Source: Scophthalmus maximus (Eukaryota). From it: DNA of 64,000 nucleotides. Under the pieces are notes generated by a model. That model did no database searches. It was not told where the DNA came from and worked only from the letters and a program-made list of their open reading frames with translations. The position numbers and the translations under genes were made by a program. The stretch lies in contig NC_061519.1 in the NCBI RefSeq assembly GCF_022379125.1, positions 23,919,101-23,983,100 on the forward strand. Direction: 5' to 3'. Shown piece after piece: positions 37,421-47,503 of this stretch. Within the stretch, counting starts at the first letter, position 1. Each line of letters begins with the position of its first letter.

Positions 37421-40400
37421 GCAGCATCCTGGAGGAGGCGTGGCTCTGCAGATACCTCATCGTCTGCGTCACCTGCTTCTGGAAAAAACCCACGTCACTG
37501 TTGGGGGGGAAATTAACAGGTTTTCGTCGATCTCACAAAGCACAATCTTCAAAGAATGAACTCAATTTTCTTTTTTTTGATTATTGAATGTGGGCCTAAT
37601 TATTGTTTTTCTAACAGTTGAAAATATGCTTTACTTTGTTTGAATTCTGTGCCTTGCTTCCTGGTTAAACATTACGCTGATTAGATTATGAAGTCAAACT
37701 TTCGCATGATAACAGTCATGCCCTCCAAACCCCTACATGTCAAAATTGACTGAACGTCACAGCGCCACCTACTGGCAACGGGAAGTTACAAGTTGTACAC
37801 TTCAATGTGTCCGCTGCCTCGGAGGTTCACCTCAAATTTGGTCTGCTAAGTTGTGAGACGTTGGCGATGTCATAACATGAATTTTTTTACCATGTGTTAA
37901 ACGGTGTTCCCATGGCGACCTATGGTTCGCCATCAATTACGAATGTTGTGTTTGAGGGACTTGGGATGCTCAGAATCTCGTGACCTTGACAGATGGGTTA
38001 AGAGGGGCGATTCCTCATGTCTGAAAAGCCTCTTTAGTCTAATTGTGGCAAATTGGCTCGCTAGCGCCTCCTATAAAATTTCAAAGTCAAGCCCCCCACC
38101 TTTAAATTTCATGTAGTTGAACGAAATTTGGTTGGCACGTGCATCATGTGGGGACCTACAGAAAAAGCCATTAGCTCCTCCCACCTGGATGTCGGCCTTT
38201 TTAAATTTTTTAACATTTCACACACTCATAGATTTCAGTCCCCTATATAAGCCTGTTTTTTTTTGTGGGGGGGGGGGGGGGGCGTTCAAGATCTATATCT
38301 CGCAATTTTAAATAAAGTGATATAAAATTCCGGGATGCACCTCGCACCAAAATGCAATGGGTTCTTTTCTTTCTTGGCCCATATCCCATCCTTCCACAAA
38401 GTTTCAAATCCGTTCAGTGCTTTTTGCCTAATGCGCAATAGAGGTGCAGTTCCTCTAATGGCCACTAAAGGCAGTCTCTTGGACAGAATTGAAGTGACTG
38501 GAAAAAAACAATACAGTTAGTACATTTTACTAACAAGAAATTAAGGCCTTAACTGCTATTTTCACTTCATCGATGTACGTCTGTGGTTTTAAAACGTACG
38601 GTTTCATTACAAGGATCTTTCGATTTGAAAGTCTTGCGCCACCTACTTTGCCCATATGTGGATTTCCTGGCTCCAGAACAGGTTGAGTCATCCGTTGCAA
38701 ATCTTTTGAAAAGGAATGAAATGGGAATTTCCAGCTGCAGTTTGACCTACGACTGCTCCCGCCTATTATTTTGACCTTCTACAAAAACGGACTTAAGTAT
38801 TTATAACGATTGGTGATAACGCAACAACCGGGATTTTACTGGGGCGAAGGTTTGAAGTTACAAATCTCATTTCAAATACCTCTTTTTTTTTTCAAATGAC
38901 GGTGCGTCATCGGGAGTTCACTTCTTTCGAATTCAGCTTAAAGGCAGATGTATAAAAAAAAAAAAAACTATAGCTGTGGACAAAACACCAAATACAGGAA
39001 GCGACATCATTAGAACGTCTTCCGTCATGAGAATCTGAAACGCCACCCTTCAAAACAAAGACCATTTAGTTCTTAAACAGGTTTCAGAGATCCTTCATCA
39101 AACAGTCTGCAGGTTTGATCGTCAGCCAGTTTGGTTTGTTTGACCTAAATACACTCCTTAAAAGAGCCCAGTCCACGTGTAAGTGTGTGCGGCCGCTTGT
39201 TGACAGTAAAGAAAGACGGAACAAAGTCCAGGAAAGAGAGACTGTTAACTTGAGCTACTCACTATTAACAGTACAATTCAATTCAAATGTTATCTGCGCG
39301 GCGCTGTGTATATATCTCGAGGCACTTTACGTAACATCGACCACTTTCTTGGTTATGAAGAAACGAAACAGTTCCCACAATGAGCAAACATTTGGTGATA
39401 ATGGAGATAAGAAACAAGACCTTTTGAAGACATTTCTGCACAGATGTTCGTGGTCCTCGCAGGATGAACCCCACGGATTTTGGTGAATTCCTGAAGAGCC
39501 ACGAAGCTGAACCATGAAATTGCGTTGTTTTTTGTGTGTGTGTGTGTGTGTGTAAAATATGTCTCCACAACATGAATTGCTGAGACTTTTGTTCTCCTTA
39601 TGATGGATTGTGCACGGAAGAGTATTAGGGCCATTCATGAGAAGAAGAAAAATGAGGGGAATATTTATTTTTTAACATTTCAATTTTTTAAATGTCGAGA
39701 ATAATGTGTATTTGTGTTTCTCTATGGAATAGAATCATTAATATTATTTTCCATATATAAAAAGCTCATATACCTTTATTCTGGAAGTGACATTCGTGAC
39801 CTGTTCCAATCCTCCCTGTCCTTGTGCATTTAAAAGTTTGATCACATCATCAGGAGCAAATGAATACAAATATAAATACAATTCTAAAAAGACATAACAG
39901 CATCATGTTTTCAGTAAACTCTCATAGCTTATTTATTCGATAAGAAACCAACACCGTAGAAAATAATGTTTACCCATTAAAAAAGAAAGAAAGATACACA
40001 GGGAAGATATAAAACATCAGTAGTGTAAACGGACAACGAGTGGTCAAGATGGCTGAAAGCACGAGCGTGAAGGAGGCGGAGCCTGGTCAAAGTGCAAATC
40101 TCCCACTGTGCATCAGAAATATTAAATATACACATTTTTAAAAAGGTGTTTCCTCTGGCACAACATCAGTGAATCATTTTCATCAGCCATAAACAAAACA
40201 CTCGTAGCATTTATATAATTTCAAGTCAGAATTTTATCTTAACTAATCTACTGTACAGATTTTTATTACAGATGCGGGGGGGGGGGGGGGGCAACGCAAC
40301 GAGAGGTTCAGCCTTTTTTTGGTAAAAAAAAAAGAAGAAGAAAACAAACAAAAGACAAATGTTCAAATCCTTTAAAAGATTTGAAAATGTCTGACCTTTG

Positions 40401-41026
40401 ACAACATTTTTAGAATATCTAAAAGATACACTGATATCATACAATTCTGCATATAGATGCTTTTAAGGGCCAGGCAGTTCATTTTGGTTTTAGTCGACCA
40501 GGATGTTTAAGATTTCTGTTTCTTCTTCAAGAGCAAATAATAACATAATAACATTGTATTAGTGTAAAAACAGCAGCGTCTCTTTCCTCATCCAATACAT
40601 GGCACACATTGAACCCATTAATTCATACGTACAAAAACTATCAACAATATTCAACCGGGGCTTTTTGTGCCGTAGAAAGAAAGTTCTTGCTCTTAACACT
40701 TTTATTTTAAATAAAGTTTTGAGCAGCGACAACAACATCCCAATCAACTTTTGTGTCTTTCAGGTGAACTCTCTCTTGACATTAATTTTTTTAAGGCTTT
40801 TGTTGTTTTTATCGTTTGTTTTATTGATGTTATTTTCCTTATATTTCACTCGGTTCAGTTTTATTTTATTGCACTGTGTCTAATTTGAGGCTATAATTTC
40901 TAGGTCTTCATGTTGTAATCACTCTGTAAAGGAATAAATAACAGCTCACGTTGCTGATCTTGGTCTCGTCGTTGCGATGGCGTATCGCAATAAATAGAAA
41001 GTGTGGATTGTCGTTATCGATCGAAA

Positions 41027-42868
41027 CTAGATATTGAGTCCGTCCTCCTGCAGAGCTCGAGATCCCAGACGGCTGCACTCATGCCTTCTGTCTCTGTCGC
41101 TTCCTCTCCTTTGTCCCTCCCTCCTCCGACCCTCTCCATCCTCCCTGCTCTTCCTCCTCTCCTCCTCCTCCTCCCCGTCGCCTCCCGCTCTCTCAAACTG
41201 CCTCCTGGCGCTCTCCACCCTGCTCCCTCGTTTCTCGTCACGCTCTCCTCCGTGGCGACTCCTCTGCGACGCCGACTCCTCCCTGCTCTTCCTCCTCTCC
41301 TCCTCCTCCTCCCCCTCCTCGCCTCCCGCTCTCTCAAACTGCCTCCTGGCGCTCTCCACCCTGCTCCTTCGTTTCTCGTCACGCTCTCCTCCGTGGCGAC
41401 TCCTCTGCGACGCCGACTCCTCCCTTTCCCTCGCCGCCGCCGCCGCTTCGTGACTTCGATGCGACTCTTTCCTCGCGGCGCTTTTCCCGCCGTCTTCTCG
41501 TTTTGTCCATCTCTCCGTCTCTCGCGGTTGATCCCTCGCTTCTTTACTTTCTCTCCTCTCTCCTCTGCTCGCCTGGGCTCTCCAGTCTTTTGCTCCTCGC
41601 TCCTCCTCCTCCTCCTCCTCTGTCCTCCTCCGTCGCTCCGTCCTGTCACTTTCCTTTCTGGCGAGTCTCTCCTTGTCCGTTCTGTGTTCACTCCCCCCTT
41701 CTCCGTCTCGGTTGCTTCTGCTGCTGTGCCTCCCCACGCTCCCACTTTCCTCCTCTTTCTCTCTATTCACCGGTTTCCATTCGTGCCTTATCCCTCTTTC
41801 ATGCGCTCTGCCGCTCTGGCTCCTCTGACCTTCTCTCTCAGATTTCACCCTCTCTAAACTGGGGTTTCCACTCAAGTCTTCTCGCTTCGAATCACCCGAT
41901 TTACTCTCAGCCCCCTCCCGTTCTCTCACGTCCGCCCTTTTCTGTTTTTCCTCCGTCTTTTTATTCGCACCAGCATCTGCTTTTGCCTTGTCCTGCTTGC
42001 TCTCATATTTCTCTTTTACAGCTGTTATTCTGTTCTCGGTTTCTTTGTCTCTTTTGCTTCCTTTCTGAGATTGAGATTCTTTTAAAACTTCCTCTTTAGC
42101 AGCTTTGACCATGTTCTCATTTCCCTGCTCTTTGTCCTGATCTGGTGGCTTCACCAATTTGGATTCAGATTTGCTTTCTTCTTCCGTTTTACTTTCCTTC
42201 TTTCCATCATCTTCTCTTGTCTCCTCCTCCTCCTCCTCCTTGTTGTCCTTTTTCTCTTCATCTCCCTTTTCCTTTTTCTCCTTACTTTTCAGAGTTTCCT
42301 TCTCCAGCTCTTTGTTCTTCCTCTGCTCCTCCTCAATCTTCTTGTCCAGTTTCTCCTCCAGCAGGTCCAGCTCCTGGTCCAGCTCGGCCAGCTTCTTGGG
42401 ATCCGACTCAAAGTTGTCTTCGACCTCCACCTCGATCTCCTCGATCTCCTCGTACTCCTCCAGCTCGATGCCGTCCATGGTTTTCTGCAGCTGCGTCTTG
42501 ATCTTGTTCAGCTCCAGGAGACCGCCTTGAAGGTCTTTGCAAACGTCTCTGATCTTGGCGGCGAATTTGGTTTTGGCGCCTTTGCGGAGCTCGTGGGAGT
42601 CCTTGGCGAGGAAGAAAACATCCAGGGCCAGGAAGAGGGCCGACATGACCCCCGTGGTGACGCTGATGGCCTGGGCAGCTTTGGCGGCGCCGCCTGCGGC
42701 GCCCAGAACCTGCACGGTGCTGATGAGCTTGTCGGTGTTGATCATCAGCGCTTTGCCGGCGCGGCCGCCCTCCTTCATCACATGTTTGATGTTGTGGTTC
42801 ATGGCCTTTCTGGCAGCACTCTGAGAATATTTCTCAAAGTCCCACTCCTGCAGGGTGTCCATTCCTTC
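41027..42868 (-). CDS. ApoL-domain gene, last coding exon. The N-terminal roughly 180 aa carry the C-terminal half of the ApoL domain (EGMDTLQEWDFEKY...LGAAGGAAKAAQAISVTTGVMSALFLALDVFFLAKDSHELRKGAKTKFAAKIRDVCKDLQ). A roughly 430-aa E/K/R/D/S-rich low-complexity tail follows, with stop at 41027
   Basis: 611-aa minus ORF; acceptor cctcctctag|GAAGGAATG at 42868; residues SALFLALDVFFLAKDSHELRKGAKT align with the ApoL family C-terminal amphipathic region (human [33 protein letters not shown]); AATAAA-equivalent tttatt on + strand at about 40821/40861. Confidence 0.8.
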   Translation of the reverse strand, partial: EGMDTLQEWDFEKYSQSAARKAMNHNIKHVMKEGGRAGKALMINTDKLISTVQVLGAAGGAAKAAQAISVTTGVMSALFLALDVFFLAKDSHELRKGAKTKFAAKIRDVCKDLQGGLLELNKIKTQLQKTMDGIELEEYEEIEEIEVEVEDNFESDPKKLAELDQELDLLEEKLDKKIEEEQRKNKELEKETLKSKEKKEKGDEEKKDNKEEEEEETREDDGKKESKTEEESKSESKLVKPPDQDKEQGNENMVKAAKEEVLKESQSQKGSKRDKETENRITAVKEKYESKQDKAKADAGANKKTEEKQKRADVREREGAESKSGDSKREDLSGNPSLERVKSEREGQRSQSGRAHERGIRHEWKPVNREKEEESGSVGRHSSRSNRDGEGGSEHRTDKERLARKESDRTERRRRTEEEEEEERGAKDWRAQASRGERRESKEARDQPRETERWTKREDGGKSAARKESHRSHEAAAAAREREESASQRSRHGGERDEKRRSRVESARRQFERAGGEEGEEEEERRKSREESASQRSRHGGERDEKRGSRVESARRQFERAGGDGEEEEERRKSREDGEGRRREGQRRGSDRDRRHECSRLGSRALQEDGLNI

Positions 42869-43407
42869 CTAGAGGAGGACAGAGGGTCAACACAGTCCCA
42901 GAGAGGTTAATTCTTTTTTTTTTAAAGACACATTCATTTCAAAACTGTTACTACTCGGCATTATAGCACTCTTTCCCAAAGATTTCTGACCATAAAAGAA
43001 AAAAAGAGTCATCCGGAGATGACCAGCCAGCAGGGTTAATAAGACCCAGATTTATTGCAAAAGTGCATAATTTCAGGATATTTATTTCACATTTCTCAAC
43101 TGACCGACGCCCACAATGGTGCAGAAACGATGACTCAATCATTTGATTGTGTAATTTGTCAAACATAAAACAGCATTACACATCATCACACCTCCCCTGG
43201 TGTTTAGTTTTACTTGCTGTTACTGTTTTACGTCATTGTAAATTTAACATTTTTCGAGTGTCCAACGGCTGGTCGGACAAATCGTTGCCTCAAACTCACC
43301 CTGTGATGGTCCTTTTTAACTATCATGACATTTTAGAGACCAAATCTGAAAAGGTAAAAAAAAAAACAAGCTAATTCTCTTATCTATCTGTGCAACCATT
43401 TCCTCAC

Positions 43408-43822
43408 CTGCACGAACTCCATGCACTCTCTGATGTCCTTGATCTCGTCCTGGTAGTCCTGGATCATCTTCTCCAGCTTCTTCCGGTCCATGTTCGAGTG
43501 AACGGTGTCCGTGATGTTGGCCGTCGCCGAGGCGATGCTGCCCGCCGTCGCCACGCCGATCCCCACGGCCGTGACGATGATGGAGGCACCGAAGGTGAAA
43601 GGTGCCAGGATGAGCCCCGTGATCGTGGCCAAGCTACCCGCGACGCTGGCCACCCCGCCGCCCACGGCGGCCGTCACCGTTCGCTTGTGGAACTGATCCG
43701 AGGCGTCGGCCAGGGCCAGGAGCTCCAGGATGCGTTGCTGCAGCGACGCCCCCCGCTGGTTGAACAGGCGCACGAAGAGGCGAGCTGCCATGTAGACACG
43801 GTCAGCCGCCTGCTCCAGGGCC
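43408..43822 (-). CDS. ApoL-domain gene, penultimate exon: core ApoL domain (ALEQAADRVYMAARLFVRLFNQRGASLQQRILELLALADASDQFHKRTVTAAVGGGVASVAGSLATITGLILAPFTFGASIIVTAVGIGVATAGSIASATANITDTVHSNMDRKKLEKMIQDYQDEIKDIRECMEFVQ)
   Basis: Acceptor ccctgcag|G at 43822, donor CAG|gtgagg at 43408; Gly/Ala/Ser-rich hydrophobic hairpin LAD..HK..T.A.V.G..G..G...T..GL.LAP.T.G.S...TA.GIG is diagnostic of ApoL family (Pfam PF05461) membrane-insertion region; joins last exon in frame (VQ|EGMDT). Confidence 0.8.
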
Positions 43823-44491
43823 CTGCAGGGAGACGGAGAGACGAGAGCTGTGAGGGACGGACACTCAAGAGATAAAAGGTCTCAAACACACAAGTCTGAC
43901 AAACAGCAGTCGATTAATCAATCAGTTTGTTATAGCTGGCAACATTTCGAACATTGTTTCAGTCATTTTCGAAGAAGTACTAGAAAATTCCACATATTCT
44001 CTGGTTGTTTACCAACTTGAAAAAATGACTTCACAGAATTTATCTGTTTTCCCAATTTAAGTAATTTTTGGGGGGAAGTTGGTAGACAATTTTCTTTTTT
44101 CTCAAAAGGCAAAATTTGCAGAATCCATTTTGTTAGATATGATAATGAACTGAATTGGATTTTGGAGCATTGGTCGGATTAAGCAATTGAAGATGTCACC
44201 TTGGGCTCTGGGAAGTTTTGACTGACACTTTTTTCAATGTTAATTGATATTTTGTCGACCAAATGATCAACAGACATGAAAATAATCATCAGTTGCCACT
44301 GTACCTTTACGCATATGCCCCAAGTGACAGTTGCAGGTGGACACAGGAAGACATGAATATAAATAAATATTGGCATTTATTGTTTGGCAAAGAAATAGAT
44401 AGAGACAATTAAGAAATCCCCAAATTGCCAATTTTTTTTTTTTTAAGACAATAATTAAAAAAATAAAATAAATAAATAAAACTATAATTAC

Positions 44492-44543
44492 ATTTGCTCG
44501 TCTTCCTGCTGGAAATTGGACGTCTCGTTCCATTCTGTCCAAC
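44492..44543 (-). CDS. Candidate bridging exon ((G)WTEWNETSNFQQEDEQ(M)), supplies AT of the Met codon completed by G at 43822
   Basis: Acceptor gtttccag|, donor CAAAT|gtaatt; with a 1-nt carry-in gives an open frame and restores the frame of the ApoL-domain exon. Confidence 0.45.
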
Positions 44544-44664
44544 CTGGAAACGGGCAGCAACAAAAATACAATAAGTATAATTCATAAAATACATAAAAAA
44601 AGACACATTTATATATATTATATATATATATATTACAAATAAACAGTGAGAACAATCACACTTG

Positions 44665-44704
44665 CCTTTCACCGTGTTCCACCACTCTATCAGCTCATCA
44701 GTCT
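44665..44704 (-). CDS. Candidate exon ETDELIEWWNTVK(G) with GC-AG donor
   Basis: Acceptor ttgttttcag|GAG; donor AAAG|gcaagtg is the textbook GC-donor consensus (AG|GCAAGT); phase 1 end matches next candidate exon. Confidence 0.45.
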
Positions 44705-44766
44705 CCTGAAAACAAAGACATGTTATCCACGAAGAGAAAACTGATGTTCTCGTACATATCAAGCAC

Positions 44767-45011
<245 letters not shown>

Positions 45012-45289
45012 CTGGAGAACCAAATACAACAAGGACACGACTTTTAACACACGGTTCTGAATCTTTGAACTCTCGTACTGTTCTAGTTTGATTTAGATTT
45101 CTTTATTTTGTTTTTGTTATTTTGTCGACCACACACCGACGTTCCTTTTTTCCTTTTTTGAATGACAGGCTGATAACATATGACTACGTTTAAAAAGATG
45201 GTCAGAGTTTTTGACAAAGACTCTGTTGATATTATTTCTATAATATTTCTTTCTGTACATCTATTTTTTATAATATCCTTATGACCAAC

Positions 45290-45352
45290 CTGTGCCGGGT
45301 TCAGCTCCTGCATCTCCACAGCCTCCTCGATGAGAGACATCTCATCTGCGAA
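45290..45352 (-). CDS. Candidate 63-nt phase-0 exon FADEMSLIEEAVEMQELNPAQ (acidic, B-like)
   Basis: Acceptor tttttgaag|TTC, donor CAG|gttggt; open 21 codons. Confidence 0.4.
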
Positions 45353-45595
45353 CTTCAAAAACCATTCATGGAAAATGAAAAAATAAATTCAAAAAGTGGA
45401 CGAAGATCAAATGTAGAAACAGGATATATTCATCCGAGTCTTTTATTAACTTTTTATCCCCAACTAACGTATAAAAATGCAAAAAACTTTTGAAAGTAAC
45501 ATGTTCAGCATGTTCATGTTTATGTTCTTTGATGCAGTTAAAGAACAGGAACATGGAGCAAAACAGCAAAGTGAGACCGAGGAATCACTACGCAC

Positions 45596-45649
45596 CTGAG
45601 TGGTCCTGGGTATTTTGGGAAGAGTTTTCTTGATTCGGAACGACACAAC
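45596..45649 (-). CDS. Candidate 54-nt phase-0 exon VVSFRIKKTLPKIPRTTQ (degenerate A-type: SFRIKKTLPK vs FSGMFKKSPK)
   Basis: Acceptor tttcttcag|GTT, donor CAG|gtgcgt; 18 open codons. Confidence 0.5.
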
Positions 45650-45785
45650 CTGAAGAAATAAAAAGAAGAAAACATCATGTTTTGCAGCTCAAACGCAGCA
45701 CAGCAACTTGTGCTTATATCATCTGTTGAAATAAATGCCATGTTTTCGGTATTTCTGTCATTTTTCCGAGTGAGCGACGACTCAC

Positions 45786-45857
45786 TCGTCTTTTCTTCTT
45801 GATCGTCCTCCTGCGTCTCAGCCCTCCTCCCTCTGGCGCCTCCACGTCCACGCTCTC
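45786..45857 (-). CDS. Candidate 72-nt phase-0 exon ESVDVEAPEGGGLRRRRTIKKKRR (degenerate A-type)
   Basis: Acceptor ccgttgcag|GAG, strong donor CGA|gtgagt; exactly 24 codons like canonical A exons. An alternative read-through would give a stop at 45714 (possible terminal exon of a separate array gene). Confidence 0.5.
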
Positions 45858-47431
45858 CTGCAACGGAAACCCCAAAAACATTTTGTTCAACAGCAGCAGA
45901 GCAACACGCAGGTGATCCCGCGAGGTTATCGCCTTAACCAGCTCACACAGCAACTCTCTTATTATACTATCATCATTTTAAAATGATTTATCTTTCAGAA
46001 TTTCTCTCTGTATCCATCATGAAAACAGTAGAGAATGTGAAACTCAAACCTTTCAAATCAAATAACTATGTATAGAGAGCAGAGGACTGGAAATTCAAGA
46101 AAAATTCTATTCCTCACTCTAATTATTCGACTTAAACGAGATCTCACACATCTCAGCGTTGATGGTACCGTACCTGTGGTACCACAGTTCTGGGCGTCCT
46201 CCTGAACATGCCGGCAAATCCTCCTTTTGTCTCCTGTCACGATGGAAAATCACAAAACATTTGCATGAGTCACAAGAAAGATAAGAAAACTTCCTCATTC
46301 ATCTAAACAGGTTAACACACTGAACACGACGCTCACCTTCGGGGCGTTTGTAGCTTCAAGAAGATTCTCAGTACTGGCGGAAGATTCTCCGTGTGCTGAC
46401 TGATCCTCCCGAAAAGCCATGAAATAAAATAAAAACATGCCATCAATTAGTTTAAAAGGTTTTTATTTCAGTAAACTGAAAATACCGATGTTGAAAATGT
46501 ATTTTGAACGTTCACCTGCAGAGAATCTGGTCTAGTCTCCCATTTCACAGCAGGTCTTGTCCCGTTATTGCTCATTTTAAATCTCATTTAAAATGCTACG
46601 TCTTTGATACAATTCAGGCTGATTCTATTCCATGATCATATTAAAACGTATCATTAGGGCCCGAGCCACTGGCAAGCATTGCCAGGCGAGGACGTATTGC
46701 AATTGAAAGAAATATTATTAATTCACGCTGCGACCTGCCCGAAAATCTGCACACGCATCAGAACCGGTGAACAATTTTGTATTTAGGGGTCTCGGGCATT
46801 GGCCTGCCAAAATGACTGGATAGAGCCCCTTACCACAATTATTCCCTAGCCTTAGAATTGATGTAGATCGACAAAATCTTGTTATCTTATTGTATTTGTG
46901 TCTTATTTCTTAATAAATCATCTTCTTTGAGTGTTGCTTTCCTTTGCCTCGAGTGCAAAGCACATTGGCTCGACTCCTGTTGTTTATTAATCTGCCATAT
47001 AAATACATTTATCTGGACATCTAACGCTCTGCGAGTCGCTTTCCTCAAACATTTGACTTCAAGAAGCTGCAAAGACAGAAAAACCTGGCTTTTTTATGAA
47101 AATTCATCTTTTCTCTGGAGTTTTTTGTGTTTTTGTTCGTGTGGTCGACCGATCGGAGGCATTCAAATATGTGCAGGGAACAAAACATGATGGTGAAAGC
47201 TCAATATTCGCTCCGTCAGCTGCATCCACAGACGTGGAGAAGCTCTCACCTCAGCAGCGTCGGCCAGACTGTCCCTGCTGGAGGACAGTTCCTCTGAGCA
47301 ATTGAGTGGATCCTGGAGAAATACATTTGGGAGGCATTCAGGTGGGTTGAATTTGATGATTCATACAATCATGATCATCTTAACAATGTAAATGAGAGCT
47401 TCAGCGGACGTATGAACAAATCCGGTTTCAC

Positions 47432-47503
47432 CTTAGTAGCGACGGAGCGCGGAGCCGGTTTGGGAGACTTCTTGAAGATCCCTGCGAGTCCTCCAGTCTT
47501 CTC
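47432..47503 (-). CDS. Array exon, A-type: EKTGGLAGIFKKSPKPAPRSVATK (72 nt, phase 0)
   Basis: Acceptor gtgtgtcag|GAG, donor AAG|gtgaaa; coordinates verified base by base. Confidence 0.65.

Noticed and set aside
41003-42530. Plus-strand ORFs 41003-41857 (284 aa), 41034-41453, 41503-42099, 42145-42501 and 42159-42530 encoding Ser/Leu/Pro-rich proteins
   Set aside because: They are antisense to the ApoL terminal exon. Their openness is a by-product of the codon-biased, low-complexity GAG/GAA/AGG-rich sense strand (the antisense gives CTC/TTC/CCT with no stops). They have no splice or start context.
43390-43889. Plus ORF 43390-43875 (161 aa) and others overlapping the ApoL-domain exon
   Set aside because: Antisense of a GC-rich coding exon. 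The sense minus-strand translation has clear ApoL-domain homology while these have none.
45714-45953. Minus ORF 45714-45953 read-through (…KKKRRVSRRSLGKMTEIPKTWHLFQQMI*) as a terminal exon of a separate array gene
   Set aside because: Not fully rejected. I favour the strong gtgagt donor at 45786, which gives an exact 72-nt phase-0 exon like the canonical A exons. Read-through to the stop at 45714 remains the main alternative, which would mean two genes rather than one.
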